Origin: a virus
Lineage: Duplodnaviria > Caudoviricetes
Length of the DNA stretch: 39,218 nt
IMG/VR virus record: IMGVR_UViG_3300012921_000069
Coordinates: 1 to 39,218 of that record
Direction: 5' to 3' (one strand)
This document shows, in pieces, positions 16,582 through 24,207 of this stretch (its first letter is position 1; each line of letters begins with the position of its first letter). The translations under genes and the position numbers were made by a program. Below the pieces are notes generated by a model. It saw only the letters and a program-made list of their open reading frames with translations. It did not search any database and was not told the origin of the DNA.

Positions 16582-18145
16582 GGTGAAGCCGGCCACTCCG
16601 CCGGTGATGCTGCCGTATCAGCAGCGCTGGATCGCCGATCCCGCTCGCGTGAAGGTGTGGCCGAAGAGCCGCCGGATCGGCGCGAGCTGGACGGACGCGT
16701 GCGATAGCGTGCTGCTGTCCTCGCGCGCCAACAAGGGCATGGACACGCTGTACATCGGCTACAGCGAAGACATGACCCGGGAGTACATCGACGACTGCGC
16801 GATGTGGGCCAACGCATTCCAGTACGCTGCCGGGCAGATGCAGGAAACGCTGTTCGACGATATCGGCCCCAACGGCGACCTCCGCCAGATCAAGGCGTTC
16901 CGGATCGACTTCGCGAGCGGGCACAAGATCCTCGCGCTGTCGTCGCGTCCGCGCTCGATCCGCGGCAAGCAGGGCAAGGTCACGATCGACGAAGCGGCGT
17001 TCCACGATGACCTCGACGGTCTGTTGACCGCTGCACTTGCGCTGCTGATCTGGGGCGGGCGCGTGCACATCATGTCGTCGCACAACGGTGAGGACAATCC
17101 GTTCAATCTGCTGGTGAAGGATGTGCGTGCGGGCAAGTACGACTACAGCCTTCACCAGACGACGTTCGATGACGCCCTGCGCGACGGCCTCTTTGACCGT
17201 GTGAAGCTGGTCATGGGCGACCAGATGCCGGAGAACAGCCGCGAGGAGTGGCGCGAGAGCATCTATGCCTTCTACGGCGACCGGGCGTCCCAGGAACTCG
17301 ACTGCATCCCCGCGGCCGGCAGCGGCGTCTACATCCCGCGCACCCTGGTCGAGCGCTGCCAGTCGCCGGACATCAAGCCGCTGCGACTCACGCGCCCGCC
17401 GGAGTTCGTGCTGCGGCCCGACCGTCTGGAAGAGATGGACCGCTGGTGCCGCGACAACCTGCAGCCGGTGATCGACTCGATGGCCGGCCGCCGCACGGTG
17501 GTGGGCCGCGACTTCGGGCGCTCGGGTGACCTCTCGATCACCAAGGTGCTGCAGCAGGACGTGGCGCCCGGCCGCTGGACGGTGGCGCTGCACCTCGAAG
17601 AGCGCAACATGCCCTTCGACTGCCAGCAGTTCGTGTTCTTCTACCTGGTCGATCGCCTGCCGCTGTTCTTCCACGGCAAGCTCGATGCGCGCGGCAACGG
17701 GCAGCAGCTGGCCGAGGCGGCGATGCAGCGCTACGGCGTGAGCCGCATCGAGTGCGTGATGGCCAGCCCGACCTGGTACGCCACCTACTTCCCGCCGTAC
17801 AAGGCGGCGTTCGAAGATCGCTCGATCACCACCACGCACGGCGAAGACGAAGTGGCCGACCACCGCCGCGTCATCCTCGACAAGGGCCGGCCGCGCATGG
17901 ACGAAGGCCGCGACAAGGGCAGCGACGGCGGCTTCCGGCACGGCGACGGCGCCGTCGCGGGCGTGCTCGCATGGTCGGCGACGATGCAGGAAGGCGAACC
18001 CGCCGCCGGTGCCACCGTCGATGCCGAGCCCGAGGCCTACGCGCCGCAGCGCGTGGGTGGCATGGGCAGCCTGTCGCGCCGGCCGCGCGACTTCGGTATC
18101 GACCAGCACCGCGCGGGCGGCCTCATCGGTCGACGGGGGCGGTGA
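16571..18145 (+). CDS. terL: Terminase large subunit (Mu gp28-like)
   Basis: MLPYQQRW, KSRRIGASW, Walker B VTIDEAAFH, nuclease motifs GRDFGRSGD and RHGDGAVA. Confidence 0.93.
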   Translation: MQPEVKPATPPVMLPYQQRWIADPARVKVWPKSRRIGASWTDACDSVLLSSRANKGMDTLYIGYSEDMTREYIDDCAMWANAFQYAAGQMQETLFDDIGPNGDLRQIKAFRIDFASGHKILALSSRPRSIRGKQGKVTIDEAAFHDDLDGLLTAALALLIWGGRVHIMSSHNGEDNPFNLLVKDVRAGKYDYSLHQTTFDDALRDGLFDRVKLVMGDQMPENSREEWRESIYAFYGDRASQELDCIPAAGSGVYIPRTLVERCQSPDIKPLRLTRPPEFVLRPDRLEEMDRWCRDNLQPVIDSMAGRRTVVGRDFGRSGDLSITKVLQQDVAPGRWTVALHLEERNMPFDCQQFVFFYLVDRLPLFFHGKLDARGNGQQLAEAAMQRYGVSRIECVMASPTWYATYFPPYKAAFEDRSITTTHGEDEVADHRRVILDKGRPRMDEGRDKGSDGGFRHGDGAVAGVLAWSATMQEGEPAAGATVDAEPEAYAPQRVGGMGSLSRRPRDFGIDQHRAGGLIGRRGR

Positions 18146-18282
18146 TGATCCCCGTAAAACCCTCGACGCGTTTTAAGCCCCTCAGAGGCGTTTTCTGTGC
18201 CGAGGTGCGGCATCGGGTCATCCTTCGCCCGATACCCCCCGGTCGGACCGTTTCTGACAGCCTTCCCGAGGTATTCGCATGA
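18145..18282 (+). CDS. 45-aa coupling ORF between terL and portal
   Basis: Start overlaps the terL stop (TGATG) and stop overlaps the portal start (ATGA). Confidence 0.45.
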   Translation: MIPVKPSTRFKPLRGVFCAEVRHRVILRPIPPGRTVSDSLPEVFA

Positions 18283-19763
18283 AGCTGCTCGACTCCATTT
18301 TCCGCTTCGTGGGCCACGCCCCCGAAAATGCGCCCGCCGAAACCACCTCGGCCCGTGTGACCGAGGCGGTCGGCTTCACCATCGACGGCGACGACGATGA
18401 ATGGCGCCGGCTGTCCGGCGACACGCAGCGCGACCTGTCGCCCACCAGTCAATGGCGCATGCGCGAAACGGCGGCCTACCTGTGGGAGGCCAACGCGCTC
18501 GCCAACCGCATGATCGAGCTGCCGATCGCCTTCATGCTGGCCGAGGGCGTTGCGCTCAAGCACGAAGACGAAGTGCTGCAGATGGTGCTCGACGAGTTCT
18601 GGCACGACCCGATCAACCGCTGGGACATCAAGTTGGAACGCAAGGTGCGCGAGCTGGCGATGTTCGGCGAACAGTGCTGGCCCACCTTCGTGAATGAGTA
18701 CACCGGCCATGTACGCCTGGGCTACCTCGACCCCGCGCTGATCGCCACGGTCGTGCATGACCCCGACAACCCCGAGCAGCCGATAGGCATCGTCACCGCG
18801 AAAGATGCGCGCGGCGTTGCGCGCCGCTACCGCGTCATCGTCAATGGCCCCGACGACGAGCTGTTCACCACGCGCACGCAGTCGATCCGCGAAACCTTCA
18901 CCGACGGTGAATGCTTCTACTACCAGGTGAATGTGCTGGCGGCCGGCAAGCGCGGGCGCAGCGACCTGCTGGCCGTGGCCGACTGGCTGGACGGTTACGA
19001 CGCCTATCTGTTCAACGAGCTGGAGCGCGCGCAGGACACGCGCGCTCACATCTGGGATGTGACGCTCACCGGCGCGAACGAGGAGACGGTTAAGGCGCGC
19101 GCCAAGGAAATGCGCACGCCCGGCCCGCGCTCGATCCGCGTGCACAACGAGAACGAGGCCTGGCAGGCGGTGGCGCCCGACCTGAACGGCGCCGACTCCG
19201 AGGCGGTGGCCCGCCTCTTCCGCAACCACGCCCTGGGCGGCGGTACGCTGCCGGAGCACTGGTTCGGCGGCGGCGGCGACGTGAATCGCGCGGTCGGCGC
19301 CGAGATGGGCGAACCGACCTTCAAGGTCATGAGCATGCGGCAACGCCTGTGGAAGCACATCCTGCAGGACGTGGGCCGCTACCAGCTGCGCAAGTACCTG
19401 GGGGCGCGCGCGAACGAACCGCGCTGGAACGACCCGCAGCTGCTGTGCGAAGCCGTGTTCCCCGAGCTGACCGCGCGCGACACCACGAAGTGGGCCGCGG
19501 CCATGCAGCAGGTGGTGGCCAGCGTCATCCTCGCCATCGACCGCGGCCTGCTGACCGAGGAAACGGGTGTGTCGCTGATCCAGCAGATCGCTGGCCGGCT
19601 GGGCGTGGAGTTCGACGCCGCCGCCGAACTGAAGGCCGCGAGCGAAGAACGCCAGAAGCGGCAGAAGGACGAGGCGAAGCGCCGGCAGGAAGAGGACTTC
19701 TTCCGTGAGCCGATCAGCCCGCCTGACCCGGCCCAGCAGACCGCGACTGCCGATGCGGAATGA
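18279..19763 (+). CDS. Portal protein
   Basis: 494 aa between terL and the MuF-like gene; portal-like motifs (NALANRMIE, ELAMFGE, GRSDL, LPEHWFG...NRA...MGEPT). Confidence 0.82.
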   Translation: MKLLDSIFRFVGHAPENAPAETTSARVTEAVGFTIDGDDDEWRRLSGDTQRDLSPTSQWRMRETAAYLWEANALANRMIELPIAFMLAEGVALKHEDEVLQMVLDEFWHDPINRWDIKLERKVRELAMFGEQCWPTFVNEYTGHVRLGYLDPALIATVVHDPDNPEQPIGIVTAKDARGVARRYRVIVNGPDDELFTTRTQSIRETFTDGECFYYQVNVLAAGKRGRSDLLAVADWLDGYDAYLFNELERAQDTRAHIWDVTLTGANEETVKARAKEMRTPGPRSIRVHNENEAWQAVAPDLNGADSEAVARLFRNHALGGGTLPEHWFGGGGDVNRAVGAEMGEPTFKVMSMRQRLWKHILQDVGRYQLRKYLGARANEPRWNDPQLLCEAVFPELTARDTTKWAAAMQQVVASVILAIDRGLLTEETGVSLIQQIAGRLGVEFDAAAELKAASEERQKRQKDEAKRRQEEDFFREPISPPDPAQQTATADAE

Positions 19764-19942
19764 ACACGCCGGATACACTCACAGAAGCGCAGCGCCGCCA
19801 TATTTTCCAGGCGGCTGAACAAGCGTACGACGACTTGCGTTGGCTCGTTGGCGACAGTCGTGAGCTTCTGGGTGCGCTGCAGATTCTGGCGCGCGACTCG
19901 TTTCTCGAAGGCATGAGGCACGCGCGCTGCGGTCAATCATGA
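19760..19942 (+). CDS. Small hypothetical protein inserted in the head module
   Basis: ATGA coupling at both ends; more A/T-ending codons than its neighbours. Confidence 0.55.
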   Translation: MNTPDTLTEAQRRHIFQAAEQAYDDLRWLVGDSRELLGALQILARDSFLEGMRHARCGQS

Positions 19943-20718
19943 ACGAAACCGAGCAAGACGCCCTGCGCGAACTGACGCGCATCGTCGCCGACACCGAAGC
20001 TGAGATCCGCCGGCTGCTGGCGCTCGCCGCGGCCGACATCAGCGCGACGCTGCTGGCCCAGCCCAGCGAGTGGCAGGCCTGGTATCTGCCCCAGCTCGAA
20101 GCCAGCGTGCGCCGCACGCTTCAGGCCTACGGCGACACCGCCGCGGCTGCGGCAGGCGCGTCGCAGCTCACCACCGTCGCAGCCGCATCCGAAGCCGTGG
20201 CCACCTCGCTGCAGGTGCGCGCCGGCGTCGTGCTGCCGACCGTGAGCACTGCCCAGCTCGAAGGCATGCGCGTGTTCCTGACCAGCAAGGTGCGTGACAT
20301 CACGCTCACGATGGCGAACCAGGTGAATCAGGAACTGGGCCTGGTCATCATCGGCACGCAGTCGCCGTTCGATGCCATGAAAAAGGTTTCAGCCCGGCTG
20401 GATAGCGGCATCGAGCGCGGCGCCACAATCGTCAGCACCGAGGTGATGCGCGCCTACAGCGCCGGCGCACAGGCGCAGGCCGAGAAGTACTTCGACCTGT
20501 TCGGCCTGGTGAGCTGGAAGACCTGGCGCAAGAGCGGCAAGCTCGCACCGCGCCAGAACCACGTGATCATCGACGGCCAGCGCGTGCGCTTCGACAAGCC
20601 GTTCAGGCTCAATGGCGGCCAGGTGAAGATGATGTACCCGCGCGACCCGAAGGCGCCCGTGAAAGAGACTGCCAACTGCGGATGCGTGGCGCTGTACCGG
20701 CCCGCGGATGACGATTGA
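19939..20718 (+). CDS. Head morphogenesis protein (MuF / SPP1 gp7 family), short form
   Basis: IVSTEVMRA, KTW, PRQNHVIIDGQ, MMYPRDP...ETANCGC; no C-terminal toxin extension. Confidence 0.85.
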   Translation: MNETEQDALRELTRIVADTEAEIRRLLALAAADISATLLAQPSEWQAWYLPQLEASVRRTLQAYGDTAAAAAGASQLTTVAAASEAVATSLQVRAGVVLPTVSTAQLEGMRVFLTSKVRDITLTMANQVNQELGLVIIGTQSPFDAMKKVSARLDSGIERGATIVSTEVMRAYSAGAQAQAEKYFDLFGLVSWKTWRKSGKLAPRQNHVIIDGQRVRFDKPFRLNGGQVKMMYPRDPKAPVKETANCGCVALYRPADDD

Positions 20719-21014
20719 TGCCGGTCTACGTCGATGACATGCGTGCGCGCTATGGCCGCATGGTGATGTGCCACATGGTTGCCGACACCTTGGACGAGCT
20801 GCACGCAATGGCGGATAAGATCGGCGTGTCCCGGCGCTGGTATCAGGGGCCGCCCATCACGCGCAGGCCCCACTACGACATTTCTTTGTCGAAGCGGGCT
20901 GTCGCGATACGCCTGGGCGCGCTTGAAATCCGCAGACGACAGGCGCCAGCCATCGCTCGCCGCTGCCTCGATCCGATGGTCAGCGCCGGGCCAGTCAAGG
21001 CTGTGATAGCCTGA
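20718..21014 (+). CDS. DUF4031 family protein
   Basis: VYVDD...CHMVADTLDELHAMADKIGVSRRWYQ...HYDI. Confidence 0.85.
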   Translation: MPVYVDDMRARYGRMVMCHMVADTLDELHAMADKIGVSRRWYQGPPITRRPHYDISLSKRAVAIRLGALEIRRRQAPAIARRCLDPMVSAGPVKAVIA

Positions 21015-21053
21015 CCCGCCGCTTTAATCCCCCGCCCGCCTTCCCCTCGCTGC

Positions 21054-21100
21054 TGCTGAACGCGTTCAGCATGTACGCCCGTTTCGCCCCTGCCCACACT
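21054..21100 (+). promoter_or_regulatory. Late promoter 2 (head operon)
   Basis: TGCTGAACGCGTTCAGCA 21054-21071; -10-like CACACT 21095-21100 at the same spacing as promoter 1. Confidence 0.8.
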
Positions 21101-21140
21101 GGCACCCGTTCGCTTTTCAAACCGCGATGGAGTGCCACCC

Positions 21141-21401
21141 ATGAGTGCATCGGACCCGAAGTCCACCCCGCCGGCCGCTGACGCAGCCAAGCCCGAACTG
21201 ACTGCCAAGCAGGCTGCCGCGCTGGTGAAGCGCGCGGTGCCGCAGCCGCCGCACGAAGACGGCAAGCCGCAGCCGGACAAGCACGTAGCGGTGAAGGCCG
21301 AGGAAGTGCTGTCGCACAAGGTCTATGAAGACGGCCGCGTTGTCGTCGTGACCGAAGACGGCCAGAAGTTCGAAGGCGCGCTGAAGGAATCGGCGAAGTG
21401 A
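21141..21401 (+). CDS. Small head-operon protein
   Basis: GGAG RBS at 21129; first ORF after promoter 2; GTGA overlap with the polyprotein gene. Confidence 0.7.
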   Translation: MSASDPKSTPPAADAAKPELTAKQAAALVKRAVPQPPHEDGKPQPDKHVAVKAEEVLSHKVYEDGRVVVVTEDGQKFEGALKESAK

Positions 21402-23647
21402 AGACCATCCCGCCCGAGGGCCTGCGCGGTCTGCGCCTTGTTGAAGCTGCGGCCGGCGAGCTGCGCGCCCGTTTCGACCTGGTGCGCGCTGCGGTGGCCA
21501 AGGCCAACGGCCGCGACTGGGCAGACATCGTCGCCTGGTACGCCGACCGCGTCGTGGTATGTGACGAGGGCGGGCGGCTCAAGGCCTACCCCTACACCAT
21601 CGCCGACGACAACACCGTGCAGCTCGGCGCCCCGGAAGAAGTGGTGCAGCAGCATGTGCCGGTGCGCGTGGTCGAGTCGGTCGATGTCGGCCGCGTGATC
21701 GAGGCCGCCGCCGACAAGGGCGAGTGGCTGATCCGCGTCATCCGCGCCGGCGAGTCAGCCAACGGCAACGTCTACCCGGCCGCGGTGCTGCGCGAGGCCG
21801 CGCCGATGTTCGAAGGTGCCCGCGTGTTCGTGAAGAGCGACGACGAGCACATCAAGGGCAGCGGCAAGGATGTGAACAAGCTCATCGGCGGCCTGACCGC
21901 GCCGCGCTTCGTCGAGGGCGCATCGCCCGAGGTCGGCGAGATACAGGCCACGCTGCGGCTCATCGAGCCCGAGGGCGCCATCGCCGTGCGTTTTCGTGAG
22001 GCGCACTCCCGCGGCCTTTCCGGCCTCTTCGGTTTCAGCATCGACGCCTACTGCGACGCGAAGAAGGTCACGCGCGGCGGCAAGCGTTTTCGCGAAGCCA
22101 CGAAGTTCAAGGCAATCAATTCCGTGGATCTGATCGTCGAGCCGGGCGCCGGCGGCGAACTGATCCGCATGGTCGAAGCAAAGCAATCACAGGAGCACGA
22201 CACTATGCGTACCCGCATGATCGAAGCCATCCGCGCCAAGCGCCCGGACCTCGCCGCGGACATTACCGACGACACGCCGGAAGATGTCGTGCTGGCCCGC
22301 TACACCGAAGCCACGACGCGCTCGATCGCGTCGGGCGTCACGCCCGAGCAGCTGGCCGAGCAGGTGCGCATGATCGAGGCCCGCGCCACCGCGCGCGCCA
22401 CCATCGGCGCCAGCAAGCTGCCGCAGCCGGCGAAGGACAAGCTGATCGCCGACTTCGCAGCGCGCGAGCGCTTCGTCGAGGCCGACGTGACCGCCGCGAT
22501 CGAGGCCGAAACCCAGTATCTCGGCCGCTTCACCGAATCCGGCAAGCCCATCATCCCGTTCAATTCGGTCGAGGTGGAAGACCGCAGCGTGGTCATCGCC
22601 GACATGCTCGACGCCTTCTTCGACCCCAAGCACAAGAACCATCGCGATGTGCAGTCGTTCAAGGAGTGCTACATCGAGATCACCGGCGATCGCCGTGTGA
22701 CAGGCGATATCCGCAATGCGGACCTGTCGCGCCTGCGTGAGGCGGCCGGCAGCCGCTTCGTCGAGTCGGTGAGCACCACGACTTTCGCGAATGTGCTCGG
22801 TGACTCGATGCGGCGCTCCCTCGTGGCGATGTACGAGAGCGATACAGATCTGCAGGCGTGGGAGCGCATTGTGACCGTTGTGCCGCGCTTCGACTTCCGC
22901 GCCAATGAGATCACGCGCATCGGCGGTTACGGCAACCTGCCGGCCGTGAATCAGGGTGCCGGCTATACCGCGCTCACCACGCCCAGCGACGAGAAGGCGA
23001 GCTACACGCTCAGTAAGCGCGGTGGTACCGAAGACGTGACGATGGAGGCCATCCGCAACGACGACGTCGGTGCGCTGCGCCGCATCCCGCAGGAGTTGGC
23101 AGGCGCAGCTCTGCAGACGCTGTACGAGTTCGTGTTCGACTTCATCCGGACGAACCCGACCATCTATGACGGCGTCGCGCTGTTCCATGCCTCGCACAAC
23201 AACCTGGGCACCACCGCAATGGATGCCACCAGCGTTGCGGCGGCGCGCCTGGCGATGGTGAATCAGACGCGAGCCGGCAGCGGCAAGAAGATCAACACCG
23301 GCCCCGCTTTTGCGCTGGTGCCTTTCGAGCTGCAGGAAACCGCATTCAATCTGTTCGTGCGCGGCACCAACAACGACAAGACCTACGTCCAGACGCTGAA
23401 TCCCGAAGTGATCCCGATCAACTACTGGACCGACGCGAACGACTGGGCACTCGTCGCGGATCCGCGCCGCTGCCCGACCATCGAAATCGGCTTCCTTGAC
23501 GGTCAGCGCACGCCCGACCTGTTCGTGCAGGACATGCCCAACGTCGGCTCGATGTTCAGCAACGACAAGCTGACCTACAAGATCCGCCACATCTACAGCG
23601 GCACGCCGATCGACTTCCGCGGCATGCGCAAGCACGTGGTGGCGTAA
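21398..23647 (+). CDS. Fused prohead protease / scaffold / major capsid protein (Mu gpT-like, HK97 fold)
   Basis: Protease-like motifs (SANGNVYP, GFSID, SVDLIVEPGAGG); helical scaffold region; capsid motifs (TMEAIRNDDVGAL, YDGVALFHASHNN, TIEIGFLDG, YKIRHIYSG...DFRG). Confidence 0.9.
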   Translation: MKTIPPEGLRGLRLVEAAAGELRARFDLVRAAVAKANGRDWADIVAWYADRVVVCDEGGRLKAYPYTIADDNTVQLGAPEEVVQQHVPVRVVESVDVGRVIEAAADKGEWLIRVIRAGESANGNVYPAAVLREAAPMFEGARVFVKSDDEHIKGSGKDVNKLIGGLTAPRFVEGASPEVGEIQATLRLIEPEGAIAVRFREAHSRGLSGLFGFSIDAYCDAKKVTRGGKRFREATKFKAINSVDLIVEPGAGGELIRMVEAKQSQEHDTMRTRMIEAIRAKRPDLAADITDDTPEDVVLARYTEATTRSIASGVTPEQLAEQVRMIEARATARATIGASKLPQPAKDKLIADFAARERFVEADVTAAIEAETQYLGRFTESGKPIIPFNSVEVEDRSVVIADMLDAFFDPKHKNHRDVQSFKECYIEITGDRRVTGDIRNADLSRLREAAGSRFVESVSTTTFANVLGDSMRRSLVAMYESDTDLQAWERIVTVVPRFDFRANEITRIGGYGNLPAVNQGAGYTALTTPSDEKASYTLSKRGGTEDVTMEAIRNDDVGALRRIPQELAGAALQTLYEFVFDFIRTNPTIYDGVALFHASHNNLGTTAMDATSVAAARLAMVNQTRAGSGKKINTGPAFALVPFELQETAFNLFVRGTNNDKTYVQTLNPEVIPINYWTDANDWALVADPRRCPTIEIGFLDGQRTPDLFVQDMPNVGSMFSNDKLTYKIRHIYSGTPIDFRGMRKHVVA
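22191..22207 (+). promoter_or_regulatory. Internal RBS and in-frame ATG for a scaffold-capsid product (22205-23647)
   Basis: A-rich stretch, AGGAG 22191-22195, 9 nt spacer, ATG 22205 (codon 270) just after the protease domain. Confidence 0.65.
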
Positions 23648-23670
23648 GGCATACGACCAGGCGCAGTGAT

Positions 23671-23798
23671 CCATGCCCTGGCGGCGCGGTGTAGGCCGTG
23701 CCGCGCTGCCGGGTGCATGGGGAGCCCTCCCGCAACGGCCCTTCGAACAATTCTCTGTGACCGTGGCACGCTCAGGGTGCGGCATCGGCCGCACCCTG
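23671..23798 (+). other. Stem-loops after the capsid gene
   Basis: Long imperfect stem 23671-23689/23701-23720 and perfect 11-bp stem CAGGGTGCGGC-atcg-GCCGCACCCTG at 23773-23798. Confidence 0.6.
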
Positions 23799-23829
23799 CG
23801 GGGCCCCGGCACCTCACCGGAGGCACGCC

Positions 23830-24207
23830 GTGCAACTCAAGACCCAATTCCCGTCCGTAAATCAGGCGCTGTCGGCCTCGCTGCAGGACATCGCCTCCTT
23901 CGATGTCGCCCAGCTCGACGTGCTGCACCTGGACATCGAGAACACCGGCAGCGCCGCCTTCACCGACTTCCGCGTGCTCGCCCGCGTATCCGAAGCCGCC
24001 CCCTGGCGCGACATCACCCCGGCAAGCCTCATGGTCGAAGGCGACCTGGTCTTCGCTCCCGCCCGCACCGTTCTCAGCACGCTGGCCGCGGGCAACTGGG
24101 CGCACCTCGGCCTGAACATCACCGACTTTCAGGGCGTGAAGCTGCAGGCAATGGGCGCGAGCGCAGCATCGAAGGTCACCGCCGGCGGCTATGAGGTGAA
24201 GCCGTGA
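23830..24207 (+). CDS. Small beta-rich protein, candidate head decoration or spike base
   Basis: GGAGG RBS; alternating beta-strand pattern; directly after the capsid gene. Confidence 0.6.
   Translation: MQLKTQFPSVNQALSASLQDIASFDVAQLDVLHLDIENTGSAAFTDFRVLARVSEAAPWRDITPASLMVEGDLVFAPARTVLSTLAAGNWAHLGLNITDFQGVKLQAMGASAASKVTAGGYEVKP

Noticed and set aside
19939-20718. MuF as a polymorphic toxin carrier
   Set aside because: The protein ends a few residues after the NCGC motif, so there is no toxin extension.
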